This document shows positions 1-10,015 of a stretch of 64,000 bases of DNA, in pieces. Under the pieces are notes generated by a model. The model was not told the DNA's origin. It saw nothing but the letters and a program-made list of their open reading frames with translations, and did not search any database. Positions within the stretch are counted from its first letter, which is position 1; each line of letters begins with the position of its first letter. The stretch is from an uncultured bacterium (GTDB taxonomy: Bacteria > Krumholzibacteriota > Krumholzibacteriia > Krumholzibacteriales > Krumholzibacteriaceae). Location: the NCBI GenBank assembly GCA_963786935.1, contig CAWBAN010000001.1:864001-928000 (forward strand), written 5' to 3'. A program made the position numbers and the translations under genes.

Positions 1-1220
1 AGGCTCGGCGACCCGAGAATCCGCACGCCTTCGATGGAGAATTTCCGCACGACCCGGCGCCGATCGATATCGTACAGGTAGACCACGTCGTTCGCGCGCG
101 CCTTGGAAACGAACAGGAGGGTGTCCCCCCGCACGGCGATGAGGCTGCGGAGCGGCGGTATCGATTCAAACTCGCTCGTCCGGCCGCCGCGGATGAAGAC
201 GTGCCGCCCCCATCTCCCTCGAGCGTCCCGTTTGAGCTCCATGATGTTGATGTTCCCCTGGTCGTAGCCGACGCAGAATATTCGGCTCCCCTCCCGTTTC
301 CGCGGATCGCACGCGGGATGGAGCTCGAAAATCGGCTCCCCGTGCATGAGCGCCTCGCCGTGCTCCGCGATGTTCCGGCGCCCGATGACCGAAGGGTAGT
401 ATCGCCGCTTCAGATACTCCTCCCAGGCGTCGCTCAGCTCCCGGAGCCTCATGCCGGTCGTTTTCTGGAGCACGACGTCGAACCGGTCGCTCTTCCACCA
501 GTTGTCGAGGATGAGCCGGATCGATTCCGCCCCGAAGCGCGTCCCGATATAGTGAACGGCGCTTTCCCCCTCCTTGTACATGAGATAGGTGCCCTCGATC
601 CGCCATATCTCTTCGAGGGAGTACAGGAGATCGCTCGTCACGGCGTCGCGGAGAAACATGTGGGCTTCGGTGTCGGTGCCCCGGTTGGCGCAATACTCGG
701 CGAGCCCCTCGGTGAACCAGAGCGGCGGATCGCCGTACGTGAATCGCCGGTGCCCCTTCATCACGACGCGGAGCTTCTCGAGCATGAACGCGTGGGCCAG
801 CTCGTGGCGGAACACCTTCCGGAGTTTCGGGTAGGACCCGCCGAACGGGAGCGCGATGCGCCCCTTGATGAACTCGGTGAATCCCGCCACCGATTCGGAG
901 ACGAAGCTCGGCGTGACATTCGTCTCCTTGAAGTCGTGATGCGTTCCGTAGAGAATGACCGGGATCCGCGCTTCGAAATCAACACGGAAAAAGTCCTCGT
1001 ACTCGGCGTAGACGCTCTCGGCGAGGCTCGCGACGAATTCGGCGACGGGAAGCTCGTCCGGGTAGTAGTAGATCTCGAGGTGGACCGTCTCGATGATCTT
1101 CCAGTCTTTCGGCGCGTAGATGACCTTGTTCTTTCCGAAGGGATATTGCGCGGACGCCCCCTGAACCGCGAGAATCACGGCGGCGCACGCGATGGATAGA
1201 ATCCGGACGAAGCGCATCAT
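1..1220 (-). CDS. Secreted HEXXH (peptidase MA-like) protein with start of a beta-propeller region, probably peptidase/PD40/Omp85 type; runs off window start
   Basis: Hand translation MMRFVRILSIACAAVILAVQGASAQYPFGKNKV...; signal peptide, RHELAH, PLWFTEGLAEY; start overlaps dapF stop (ATGA). Not in ORF track. Confidence 0.8.
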   Translation of the reverse strand, partial: MMRFVRILSIACAAVILAVQGASAQYPFGKNKVIYAPKDWKIIETVHLEIYYYPDELPVAEFVASLAESVYAEYEDFFRVDFEARIPVILYGTHHDFKETNVTPSFVSESVAGFTEFIKGRIALPFGGSYPKLRKVFRHELAHAFMLEKLRVVMKGHRRFTYGDPPLWFTEGLAEYCANRGTDTEAHMFLRDAVTSDLLYSLEEIWRIEGTYLMYKEGESAVHYIGTRFGAESIRLILDNWWKSDRFDVVLQKTTGMRLRELSDAWEEYLKRRYYPSVIGRRNIAEHGEALMHGEPIFELHPACDPRKREGSRIFCVGYDQGNINIMELKRDARGRWGRHVFIRGGRTSEFESIPPLRSLIAVRGDTLLFVSKARANDVVYLYDIDRRRVVRKFSIEGVRILGSPS

Positions 1221-2041
1221 AGATGCTCGTAGCATTCGAACCGAAACGTGCCGCTGAACGAAACGGCGGCGGGGCCCGTGAGGAGACAGGAGGCCGCGCC
1301 GTCCGCGGTCGGCTCGAGCGCGACGTCCAGGACGTCGCCTCCCCGCGTCCCGCAGCGGACCGGCGGATCGACCAGCCCGAGACGCGCGAGGACCGCCGCG
1401 ATCACGACGGCGCCCGTTCCGCAGGCCTCGGTCTCGTCCTCGACGCCGCGCTCGTACGTCCGGTACTCGCATGCGCGGCGATCGGCGACCGATACGATGT
1501 CGACGTTCGCTCCCGCCGCGCCGAATTCCGGATCGCGCCGCACGGGAGCGGCGAAGCGGACGAACTCGTCGCGCGTGAGCGCGCGCACGCCTTCCATCAC
1601 GATCACGGCGTGCGGCACGCCGCACACGCCGTAGTGGACGGGACGATCCGTCGAGCCGATCCGCATGCCGAGCCTCAGGGAGCGCACCGCGCCGATGGAT
1701 ACCCGCACGCCTTCCGGCCCGATCTCGGCCCCCACGACGCCCGAACGCGTGTCGAACGACATGCGCGCCGCGGCGATCCCCGATTCGAACGCGAATGCGG
1801 CGGCGCACCGCGCGCCGTTTCCGCAGAGATCCGCCTCTCCCCCGTCACTGTTGTAATACCGCATCGAAAAATCGCCGGTCGTTCCCGGGCGCAGGATGAT
1901 GAGACCGTCCCCCCCGACGCCGCGCCGCCTCGAGCAGAGTCGCGCGATCGTTTCGCCGGAGATGCCGTAGCGCCCCTCCATGTCGGCGATCATGATAAAA
2001 TCGTTTCCCGCACCGTGCATCTTGGTGAATGGTATCAGCAC
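1217..2041 (-). CDS. dapF: Diaminopimelate epimerase
   Basis: FTKMHGAGNDF, NSDG..LCGNG, ERGVE..T.ACGTG; GTG start after AGGAG. Confidence 0.95.
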   Translation of the reverse strand: MLIPFTKMHGAGNDFIMIADMEGRYGISGETIARLCSRRRGVGGDGLIILRPGTTGDFSMRYYNSDGGEADLCGNGARCAAAFAFESGIAAARMSFDTRSGVVGAEIGPEGVRVSIGAVRSLRLGMRIGSTDRPVHYGVCGVPHAVIVMEGVRALTRDEFVRFAAPVRRDPEFGAAGANVDIVSVADRRACEYRTYERGVEDETEACGTGAVVIAAVLARLGLVDPPVRCGTRGGDVLDVALEPTADGAASCLLTGPAAVSFSGTFRFECYEHL

Positions 2042-2052
2042 CCCGTCGGCTC

Positions 2053-3126
2053 CTATTTGATCGTGATCGGATCGAGGGTCCGCTTTTCGCCCGGCTTGAG
2101 CCGGAGCGTGTCGGCAAGGGTCACGCACGGCTCGTTCAACGCACGCGTCGAATCCGCGGCCTCGTAGTAGACGCCGCAGAGCGTATCCGGATTCATATCG
2201 ATGAAGGCCGCCACCGCGTAGGCGCCCGGGGGCACGCTTCCGAACGCGAAGGCTCCCGTCGAATCGGCGCGCGCCGCGAGGGGCCGCGCTCCCCGCGCCG
2301 ACGGCGCGAGCCGGATCGTCGCCGGCACCGTGAGCTTCGTCTCGTTGACGACGATGCCCTCGATCGTTCCCGGCTCGTTCGGGTCGATGATCACGATGCG
2401 GATCTCCCCGCGCTCCGGCCGGAACCGGTCGAGCGAGATGGTGTCAGGGCGGAGCGTGAAAAACTCCGTGCCTTCCGAGAGCCGACCGTCGCCGTCCTTG
2501 TCGAGGAACGCCCGCAGGACGAATTTCGTGCCGTCGGTCGGAAGCGCGCGAAGCACGAACGATCCGTCGCTTTCGGCGAACGCGACGCGCGACCGCTTCC
2601 CGGAGCGGAAAGCGGACGCGGTGTCGCCGGACGCCGTGAAGAGCTCCGCGACCCCCGTCGAATCCGGCTTGTCCTTGAAGAGTATGGTCCCCGCGATCTC
2701 CCCCCGGGGCATCGAGTCGGCGGTGGAGAAATACAGGAGGAAGTTCTTTCTGCTCTCGACGCGGTGATAGTCCCTGATCCCCGGGCGGACGAGCAGGCAG
2801 ATCGTGGTTTCGGGAAGGAGCTCCCTGAACGCGATTTCGACCCGGTCGCCGCTGACGCTGACGCGCTCGAACTCGACGGGGGGATAGACGAAGATCCTGT
2901 TTTTAAAGCTCGCGGGGTCGATCTTCTCGTTGAACCACAGCGCCGGGGTCACGTTCCGTGCCACCCGCGAAGAATCGTTCCGGGGAACGGTCGACACGAT
3001 CGACGGGGGAACCTTGTCCTCGGGCCCTCCCGGCGGAGGCTCCATGACAGCGCACGCGGCGAGCAGCGCCGCCGCTCCGAGCGCGGCGAGCTTCGCGGTG
3101 CGCGATACATGCGTGCGCTGAGACAT
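2053..3126 (-). CDS. Lipoprotein with bacterial Ig-like (Big_5-type) domain
   Basis: Lipobox LLAAC followed by PPGGPEDKVPP...FNEKID; DKDGDG Ca-binding-like loop. Confidence 0.7.
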   Translation of the reverse strand: MSQRTHVSRTAKLAALGAAALLAACAVMEPPPGGPEDKVPPSIVSTVPRNDSSRVARNVTPALWFNEKIDPASFKNRIFVYPPVEFERVSVSGDRVEIAFRELLPETTICLLVRPGIRDYHRVESRKNFLLYFSTADSMPRGEIAGTILFKDKPDSTGVAELFTASGDTASAFRSGKRSRVAFAESDGSFVLRALPTDGTKFVLRAFLDKDGDGRLSEGTEFFTLRPDTISLDRFRPERGEIRIVIIDPNEPGTIEGIVVNETKLTVPATIRLAPSARGARPLAARADSTGAFAFGSVPPGAYAVAAFIDMNPDTLCGVYYEAADSTRALNEPCVTLADTLRLKPGEKRTLDPITIK

Positions 3127-3182
3127 CGCAGGTCCCTGTGCGCGCCCCGGCGCAGAGCCGCCGGAGAGCCCGTCAGAACGCC

Positions 3183-4112
3183 CTATTTCTCGCCCGGCAC
3201 GAGGAGCGCGATGATGGCCCGCTGGATGTGAAGCCTGTTTTCCGCCTCTTCGAAAACAACCGATTGCTGCCCATCGATCACGGAGTCGGTCACTTCCTCG
3301 CCGCGGTGCGCCGGAAGACAGTGCATGAAAATCGCCGTTCGGTTCGCGAGCTTCATCAGGTCGTCGTTGATCTGGTATCCCCTGAAAGCCTTGAGGCGCC
3401 GTTCCTTCTCCGCCTCCTGCCCCATGCTCGTCCAGACGTCCGCGTACACGACGTCCGCGCCCCGAACCGCCGCGCGCGGGTCCGCGATCCGCTCGTAATC
3501 GAGCGCGCCGCTTCCCTTCGTCGCGGCGACGAACGAGTCCTCGATCTCGAATCCGTCCGGGGCCGCGAGCACGAACTTGAATCCGAATTTCGCCGACGCC
3601 TCGAGCCAGCTGCGGGCGACGTTGTTTCCGTCGCCGACGAACACGACCTTTTTCCCCTCGATGGATCCGAACCGCTCGACCGCGGTGAACACGTCGCCGA
3701 GCACCTGGCACGGGTGGAGAAGATCGGTGAGCCCGTTGATCACGGGCACGTCGGCGTGCCGCGCGAGCTCCTCGACGAGCCCCTGATCGAAGGTGCGGAT
3801 CATGATCCCGTCCACGTACCGCGAGAGCACCTGCGCGACGTCTTTCGGCGCTTCGCGGCTCCCGATCTTGATCTCCGCGTCGGTGATGAACAGGCTCGAA
3901 CCGCCGAGCTGCCGCATGGCGATCTCGAAGCTCAGCCGCGTCCGAAGGCTCGGCTTGTGGAAGATGCACGCGAGCACGCGCCCCGGATGGCTCGCCGGCA
4001 GGCGAAATGACCGGGCGAGCGGCTTCTGCTCCGCGCACAGCTTCAAAATCGCATCGAGCTCGTCACGCGAATAATCCCGCATGGAGAGGAAATCTTTCTT
4101 CGACAGCTTCAT
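3183..4112 (-). CDS. argF: Ornithine carbamoyltransferase
   Basis: SLRTR, HPCQ, DVWTSMG, FMHCLP motifs. Confidence 0.95.
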   Translation of the reverse strand: MKLSKKDFLSMRDYSRDELDAILKLCAEQKPLARSFRLPASHPGRVLACIFHKPSLRTRLSFEIAMRQLGGSSLFITDAEIKIGSREAPKDVAQVLSRYVDGIMIRTFDQGLVEELARHADVPVINGLTDLLHPCQVLGDVFTAVERFGSIEGKKVVFVGDGNNVARSWLEASAKFGFKFVLAAPDGFEIEDSFVAATKGSGALDYERIADPRAAVRGADVVYADVWTSMGQEAEKERRLKAFRGYQINDDLMKLANRTAIFMHCLPAHRGEEVTDSVIDGQQSVVFEEAENRLHIQRAIIALLVPGEK

Positions 4113-4278
4113 ACACGCTCCTTCGTGCTGACGGTTCGGATCACCGGGGCCATAGGGGCTCGTTTACCAGGCGATCGGCGCCGCGTTTTCCCGCATGGAT
4201 AAGGTAACGCCCCGCCGCGACGCGCACAAGAATTCCTTTGACGCCGCGCGGTCCGAACGCTCCGGCGCACGGTGCCGA

Positions 4279-5214
4279 TCACGCCCGCGGGTGCGCCTTC
4301 TCATACGCCTCCCGGAGCCGTTCCGTCGTCACGTGCGTGTATATTTGGGTCGTCGAGAGGCTCGCGTGCCCGAGGAGCTCCTGAACGGCCCGCAGATCGG
4401 CGCCGGCGTCGAGGAGATGCGTCGCGAACGTATGCCGGAGGACGTGCGGGCTCATGCGGGAGAGCGCCGCCGTATGCTCGAGGTATCTGAGGACGATGCG
4501 CTGAACCGTTCGCCTGCTGATCGGATCGGTTCCGCGGCCCGCGATGAGCGGCTCCGCCGCTCCCGCGCCGAGGTGCTCGAAGAGCCCCTCCCGGCTGCTC
4601 CACAACGCGTCCGGGACGCCGAACCGGCGCTGAAGGTAGAGCTTGAGATATTCGGCGGCCCTCCCGCCGAGGGGAAGCATCCGCTCCTTGTTCCGCTTCC
4701 CGAGCACCGTGATGGTGCCGCGGGTGAAATCGCATTGCGCGATCGTGCAGCCGACGAGCTCGGCAAGACGCATCCCCGTCCCGTAGAGCAGCTCGAGTAC
4801 GGCGCGGTCCCGCAGCCCCTTCGGCGAATCGAGCGCCGGCAGATCCATCATGCGCTCCATGGCCGCGACGCTCGCGAAAACGGGGAGATCCCGCTCCGGT
4901 TTCGGCGACGAGACGCCCTCGGTCGGATCCCGTTCGCATAATCCGCGCTTGACGCTGTAGCCGAAGAAATTCTTGAGCGATGCGATCTTCCGGGCGATGC
5001 TCCGTTTCGAATAACCGGCGCGCGACAGCCGCCCGAGAAACGAGCGAATCGCGAGGCCGCCGGCGTCGTCGAAGCCCGGATCGCGGGAGAGCTCGACGCG
5101 AAGGAAATCGATGAACTGGGCGATATCCCCCTCATAGGCGCGGATCGTCGCTTCCGACGCCCGCCTCTCGAGCCCGAGATAGAGAAAATAATCTTTGAGC
5201 GCCTGAACGATCAC
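4279..5214 (-). CDS. xerC: Tyrosine recombinase, XerC type
   Basis: GMRLAE, HVLRHTFATH, LGH, TQIYTHV; downstream of topA-trmFO as is usual for xerC. Confidence 0.85.
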   Translation of the reverse strand: MIVQALKDYFLYLGLERRASEATIRAYEGDIAQFIDFLRVELSRDPGFDDAGGLAIRSFLGRLSRAGYSKRSIARKIASLKNFFGYSVKRGLCERDPTEGVSSPKPERDLPVFASVAAMERMMDLPALDSPKGLRDRAVLELLYGTGMRLAELVGCTIAQCDFTRGTITVLGKRNKERMLPLGGRAAEYLKLYLQRRFGVPDALWSSREGLFEHLGAGAAEPLIAGRGTDPISRRTVQRIVLRYLEHTAALSRMSPHVLRHTFATHLLDAGADLRAVQELLGHASLSTTQIYTHVTTERLREAYEKAHPRA

Positions 5215-5262
5215 ATTCGAACACCCTCGGATGCGAACGCCGCGACCGATCGATGCGCGGTC

Positions 5263-5712
5263 CTACTTGACCGGGGAGGTGCAGTTCGGGCACCGCACCG
5301 CCTTGATCGGGATCGCCGTGCAGCAGAACGAGCATTCCTTCGTCGTCGGCGCGGCGGCGGGCGCCGCCTCGGGCTTCTTGAGCCGGTTCATCGTGCGGAC
5401 GAGGAAGAATATGCAGAACGCGACGATGATGAAATTGATGATGGTGTTGATGAACACGCCGATATTGATGGATACCGCTCCGGCCGCCTGCGCCTGCGCG
5501 AGGGACGGGTACGGCCCGGGGGCGGCCCCCTCCTTCAGCACGAAGAACAGGTTCGTGAAGTCGACGTTGCCGAGAAGAATGCCGATGGGCGGCATGATGA
5601 CGTCCTTCACGAGCGAATTGACGATCGCGCCGAACGCCACGCCGATGATGATCCCCACCGCCATGTCGATGACGTTGCCCCGCATCGCGAATTCCTTGAA
5701 CTCTTTCAGCAT
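5263..5712 (-). CDS. mscL: Large-conductance mechanosensitive channel with C-terminal CxxC..CxxC tail
   Basis: [24 protein letters not shown]; tail ECSFCC...RCPNC. Confidence 0.95.
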   Translation of the reverse strand: MLKEFKEFAMRGNVIDMAVGIIIGVAFGAIVNSLVKDVIMPPIGILLGNVDFTNLFFVLKEGAAPGPYPSLAQAQAAGAVSINIGVFINTIINFIIVAFCIFFLVRTMNRLKKPEAAPAAAPTTKECSFCCTAIPIKAVRCPNCTSPVK

Positions 5713-5754
5713 TGTGACACCTCCCCGATGGAAACCGCCGTCAGAGGATACCGA

Positions 5755-6633
5755 TCACATGAGCTTGTACGTGATCCCGAGCGAAAGCGTTTCCTCGAGC
5801 CGTCCCGCCAGATCCACCTCCTTGTCGTAGAGGAATCGAGCGTAGAGATTCACCATGAGGTACTTGTTGATGCTCGCGCGGAAGATCACTTCCCACGTAA
5901 TATCGGGCGCCTTCCAGTAATCCATGTTGTATTGGCCCTCGAGCTCGTCCGATTTCGAATTGAAGAACGCCTCGTACACCTGGAGACGGCTCGTGATCGT
6001 CGTCGTCGTGTCGGAGATGGGGGACACGAAATCGCTGACGAAGATGATGCCGCCGTCCATGGCTGTCTCCGTCGTTTTCGCGCCGCTCGCCGCGTCGAGG
6101 ATGTCGCGATCGAGCGCCTGCCGGAACGCCCCCCCGAGACGCGCCGTCCATTCCCGCTTGCCGCTCTTCATGAACACCTTGGCCACTCCGAAGCTCTCGG
6201 TGAAGAGCGCCGGATTGACGTACCGCTCGTTGGCGGGATCCCGCTGATCGAGAAATTGGCTCTCGATCCGCGCCGACCCGTACGGATCGACGAAGCCGCC
6301 GAGCGTGAGCTTGAATATCGTCTCGAAATCGATCCGGTCGCTCGATTTGAACGGTCTCGCCCATTCCCGCGTCGTCTCGTCCTGGCTGTGCGTCTGGCCG
6401 AAAAAAAGCTTCAGGCTGTTCCGCGTATTCAGCTTCGGATTTATCTGGCGTTCGAACAGCGAATTGGAATTGAACACCCAGGTGAGGGTTCCGACCTGCC
6501 CGCCGGCCCAGTTGTCGGTGTATGCGCTCTGGGTGAGCGTGAGATTCGCGTCGACCGATTTCGTCCAGGGATCTGCGCGCAGGGCGCCGCTCGCGACCGT
6601 GAGCATCGCCGCGACGAGAACGATCCGCTTCAT
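5755..6633 (-). CDS. Outer-membrane beta-barrel protein, DUF3078-like
   Basis: Signal peptide, TQSAYTDNWAGG, C-terminal LSLGITY; AGGAG RBS. Confidence 0.7.
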   Translation of the reverse strand: MKRIVLVAAMLTVASGALRADPWTKSVDANLTLTQSAYTDNWAGGQVGTLTWVFNSNSLFERQINPKLNTRNSLKLFFGQTHSQDETTREWARPFKSSDRIDFETIFKLTLGGFVDPYGSARIESQFLDQRDPANERYVNPALFTESFGVAKVFMKSGKREWTARLGGAFRQALDRDILDAASGAKTTETAMDGGIIFVSDFVSPISDTTTTITSRLQVYEAFFNSKSDELEGQYNMDYWKAPDITWEVIFRASINKYLMVNLYARFLYDKEVDLAGRLEETLSLGITYKLM

Positions 6634-6687
6634 ACAGCTCCTTTCTCGTCCGGCTGCCGGCGATGCCAACGAACGCCCGTGGAATGC

Positions 6688-8607
6688 CTACCGGCGCCCG
6701 GAACCGAGATATGTGGCCAGGAATCGCTCGGCCGCCGTCCAGAACGCGAGGCGATTGGCCGGCTTGCTCAATCCCCTCCCCTCGTCGGGGAAATAGACGT
6801 ATTCGCACGGAACGCCATTCGCCTCGAGCGCGGCGACGATCCGTTCGGCATCCGCATTCGGCACGAACGGATCTTGTCCTCCCTGCATGATGAGGAGCGG
6901 GGCCCGAATCCGATCGGACGCGAAAAGCGGCGATTGAGCGCGCAGCATATCGGCGTCGGTGTCGGGATTGCCGACCCGCGCGTAGAAGAACGATTTGTAC
7001 CCGCCGAATACGGCGGTTCTCGCCTTGAGCCAGCCGAGCAGATCGCTCGGTCCCGAGATATCGACGGCGCAGGCGAACAGATCCGGCGTCTGCGTCAGCG
7101 CGGCGAGCGCGGCGTAGCCGCCGAACGAGGTTCCGAAAATCGCCATCCGCTTCGAATCGGCGATGCCGTTCGAAACCGCCCACTGCACGGCGTCGACGAG
7201 GTCATTCTGGATCTTACCGCCCCACTCCTTGTCCCCCGCCCTGGTGAAATCCTTGCCGTAGCCGCGCGAGCCCCGGAAATTGACCTGGAGGCAGGCGTAC
7301 CCCCGGTTCGCGAACCACTGCGCCTCGGGATTGAATCCCCAGTAATCGCGGGCCCACGGATCCGGATGAACGAGCAGCACGAGCGGGAGATCCCGGCGCT
7401 TGCCGCCGGGCGGATAGGTGATATAGCCGTGAATCTCGAGCCCGTCGCGCGCCCGGAACGTCAGAGGCTCCATGCGCGCGAGCGTATAGCTCCTCAGATC
7501 CGGAATCTCGTCGAAGAGAAACGTCCCCTGTCCCGTCCGTCGGTCGTAGAGGTAGTACGATACCGGGCCGTCGTCTTTCGTGAACGCGAGCACCCAGGTC
7601 GAATCGGCGGCGTCCGTGCTCAGAAACTCGAAATCGCCCCGATCGAGACGCCCGACGGCGGCGAAATCCTTTTCGAGCGTCTTGTCGAGAATCGCCCACT
7701 CGATGCGCTCGCGGGCGAACGCCGCGGCCTGCATCTCGTACGTATCGACCTGGAAGAACACGGAAACGATATCGCTCTTCGGATCCTCCGCGATCACCTT
7801 CGGGGAGCCGCCGGCGAAACGGATCTCGACGAGCCGGCCCGTGTTGTACCCCCGCGCATCGAGGCAATACATCCCCTCGCCGTCGAGCGTGAACCGAAGC
7901 GCCGAGCTCGATATCCGATCCTCGGCGCTCCAGGAGCACACGGTCTTCCAGGCCGATCGCTCGTCCGCGCGGACGATGAGATCGCTGCTCCACGCCTCGC
8001 CTGCCGTCATCGCGCCCCGGACGACGAGATCGTTGTCGGGGATCCACCGGATGACGTTGCCCGGATTCCTCGCGGCCAAGGCGAGCTCGCCCGTTTCGAT
8101 GTCGAGACGATACGCCTCGCCGAGAATGCGATTCTCCTTGTTCATCTGAATGATGATGTGCCGCGGGTATTTCTTGCTGTACGCGACCACTCCCACCTTG
8201 ATGCTGTCGAACGGAGTGAAATCGCGTATTTCGCCGGTGTCGACGTCGACGCCGTACAGCCGCCAGTTGTCGTTCCCTTTCAGATCCTGGAGGTACATGA
8301 TGTGCCGGTTGTCGTACGCCCAGAAATACTTCACGATCCCGCGATCCGTGTCGCGCGTGACGGCGCGATCGTCCGTCGAGCCGATCGTCTTGACCCATAC
8401 GTTCAGGACGCCGCCGAACGGCGCGACGTACGAGAGCCTCGCGGCGTCGGGGGACACCGCCGGCATCGTTTTCGTGGGATTGCCGAACAGGGCCTCGGTC
8501 GGAATGACCTTCGGCTCGTATTTCGAGCAGGAGAACGCCCCGAGCGCCGTCGCGACGCACGCGATTCCGATGAGCGAACGGGTTATTCCCTTGGAATGCA
8601 TATCCAC
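6688..8607 (-). CDS. S9-family (prolyl oligopeptidase/acylaminoacyl peptidase) lipoprotein with degenerate catalytic motifs
   Basis: Lipobox-like AFSC, propeller + alpha/beta hydrolase, NFRGS.GYG, GTSFGG; HPDP in place of HGGP and DEGR in place of DEGH. Confidence 0.85.
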   Translation of the reverse strand: MDMHSKGITRSLIGIACVATALGAFSCSKYEPKVIPTEALFGNPTKTMPAVSPDAARLSYVAPFGGVLNVWVKTIGSTDDRAVTRDTDRGIVKYFWAYDNRHIMYLQDLKGNDNWRLYGVDVDTGEIRDFTPFDSIKVGVVAYSKKYPRHIIIQMNKENRILGEAYRLDIETGELALAARNPGNVIRWIPDNDLVVRGAMTAGEAWSSDLIVRADERSAWKTVCSWSAEDRISSSALRFTLDGEGMYCLDARGYNTGRLVEIRFAGGSPKVIAEDPKSDIVSVFFQVDTYEMQAAAFARERIEWAILDKTLEKDFAAVGRLDRGDFEFLSTDAADSTWVLAFTKDDGPVSYYLYDRRTGQGTFLFDEIPDLRSYTLARMEPLTFRARDGLEIHGYITYPPGGKRRDLPLVLLVHPDPWARDYWGFNPEAQWFANRGYACLQVNFRGSRGYGKDFTRAGDKEWGGKIQNDLVDAVQWAVSNGIADSKRMAIFGTSFGGYAALAALTQTPDLFACAVDISGPSDLLGWLKARTAVFGGYKSFFYARVGNPDTDADMLRAQSPLFASDRIRAPLLIMQGGQDPFVPNADAERIVAALEANGVPCEYVYFPDEGRGLSKPANRLAFWTAAERFLATYLGSGRR

Positions 8608-8652
8608 GGTGATCCTCGCCTTTCAGGGCGGCGCGCAACGCGCCGAATCCGC

Positions 8653-8681
8653 ATTGTAGTGGGGTGCCGTGGGAACGTCAA
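8653..8681 (-). promoter_or_regulatory. sigma70-like promoter of the S9 gene
   Basis: TTGACG-17 bp-TACAAT. Confidence 0.7.
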
Positions 8682-8692
8682 GCCCTACCTGT

Positions 8693-10015
8693 TTAATGCC
8701 CGGCCGAGAGGAAAGTTTCAAGCATTTTGAGCGACCGCTCGACATACAGGCGCTTGCGCTCGCTCCGGCGCGCGCTCAAAGCGGGCAGGATGCCGAAATT
8801 GACGTTCATCGGCTGAAACGGGGCGCGTCCCTCGCCGCAATGGCGCTGGAGCGCCCCGAGCAGCGTTTCGGCGGGAAAAAGAAGCGGCGGCGGCGCTCCG
8901 TCGATGTAGCGCTCCGCGCTCCGGGCGACCAGACGGCCGTGCGCGATGGATTCCATGTATCCCTCGACGCCGACGATCTGCCCCGCGAAAAAGAGCCCCG
9001 GACGCGTCCGCGACATCTGGCTCTCGTCGAGCAGCCGCGGCGCGTCGAGGAACGTATTCCGATGCACGGACCCCCAGCGGAGGATCTCGGGGGTCCGGAA
9101 TCCCGGGACGACGGTCAGCAGCTCCTGCTGCGCCGCGCGGGTAAGCCTCGTCTGAAAGCCGACGAGGCCGAAGAGCGATCCGTCCGCCGTCTCCTGCCGC
9201 AGCTGAATCGCGGCGTACGGCTCGCGCCCCGTCTTCGGATCGACGAGCCCCTTGGGCTTGAGGGGCCCGAAACGCAGGGCGTCGTCCCCCCGCGCGGCGA
9301 TCACCTCGACGGGAAGGCAGCTCTCGAAGCAGCGCGTCTCCTCGAACCCGCGCTTCTCGGTCTTCGGCGCCTTTTTGAGAAAATCGACGAGCCGCTCGTA
9401 CTCGTCCGCCGCGAGCGGTATGTTCCAGTAGTCGTCACCGCCCTTCCCGTACCGGGAAGCTTTGAACGCGTCCGCCGGATCGATCGAATCCGCGCTCACG
9501 GAGAGCGAGATCGCGTCGTAGAAGTGCAGATGATCCGACGCGAAATGCTCCCGCAGCGCGGCGGACAACGCATCCGACGTCAGGGGCCCCGTCGCGATCA
9601 CGGCGCAGGGAGCACAATCGAGATCCCGCTGCTCGCGGCGCACGAGCTCGATGTTCGGATCGGCTGCGATCCGCCGCGTGACGGCGAGCGCGAATCCCTC
9701 CCGATCCACGGCGATCGCGTGTCCCGCACGCACGCGGCACTCGGACGCGATCTCGAGCAGCCGGCAACCGATCATGCGGAGCTCCCGTTTCAGGAGCCCC
9801 GACGCTGTTTCGGGATCGTCGGATTTGAGGGAATTGCTGCACACGAGCTCGGCGAGGTGGGGCGTCGTATGCGCCGGCGTGGGCGTCTCCGGCCGCATCT
9901 CGATGAGCCTGACCCGCACGTCGCGTCCCGCGAGTTGAAGCGCGATCTCGGAGCCGGCGAGCCCGCCGCCGACGACCGTTATCTCCCGTCTCAGAGCGAG
10001 ACCTCGTGCCGGCAT
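8693..10015 (-). CDS. trmFO: FAD-dependent tRNA m5U54 methyltransferase TrmFO (start uncertain: ATG 10015 or CTG 9994)
   Basis: GGGLAGSE, ELVCSNS, FESCLP, GQIVGVEGY. Confidence 0.93.
   Translation of the reverse strand: MPARGLALRREITVVGGGLAGSEIALQLAGRDVRVRLIEMRPETPTPAHTTPHLAELVCSNSLKSDDPETASGLLKRELRMIGCRLLEIASECRVRAGHAIAVDREGFALAVTRRIAADPNIELVRREQRDLDCAPCAVIATGPLTSDALSAALREHFASDHLHFYDAISLSVSADSIDPADAFKASRYGKGGDDYWNIPLAADEYERLVDFLKKAPKTEKRGFEETRCFESCLPVEVIAARGDDALRFGPLKPKGLVDPKTGREPYAAIQLRQETADGSLFGLVGFQTRLTRAAQQELLTVVPGFRTPEILRWGSVHRNTFLDAPRLLDESQMSRTRPGLFFAGQIVGVEGYMESIAHGRLVARSAERYIDGAPPPLLFPAETLLGALQRHCGEGRAPFQPMNVNFGILPALSARRSERKRLYVERSLKMLETFLSAGH

Noticed and set aside
4279..5214. Tyrosine recombinase as a mobile-element integrase
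   Set aside because: Size, motifs and topA/trmFO context fit housekeeping XerC; no att sites or cargo seen.
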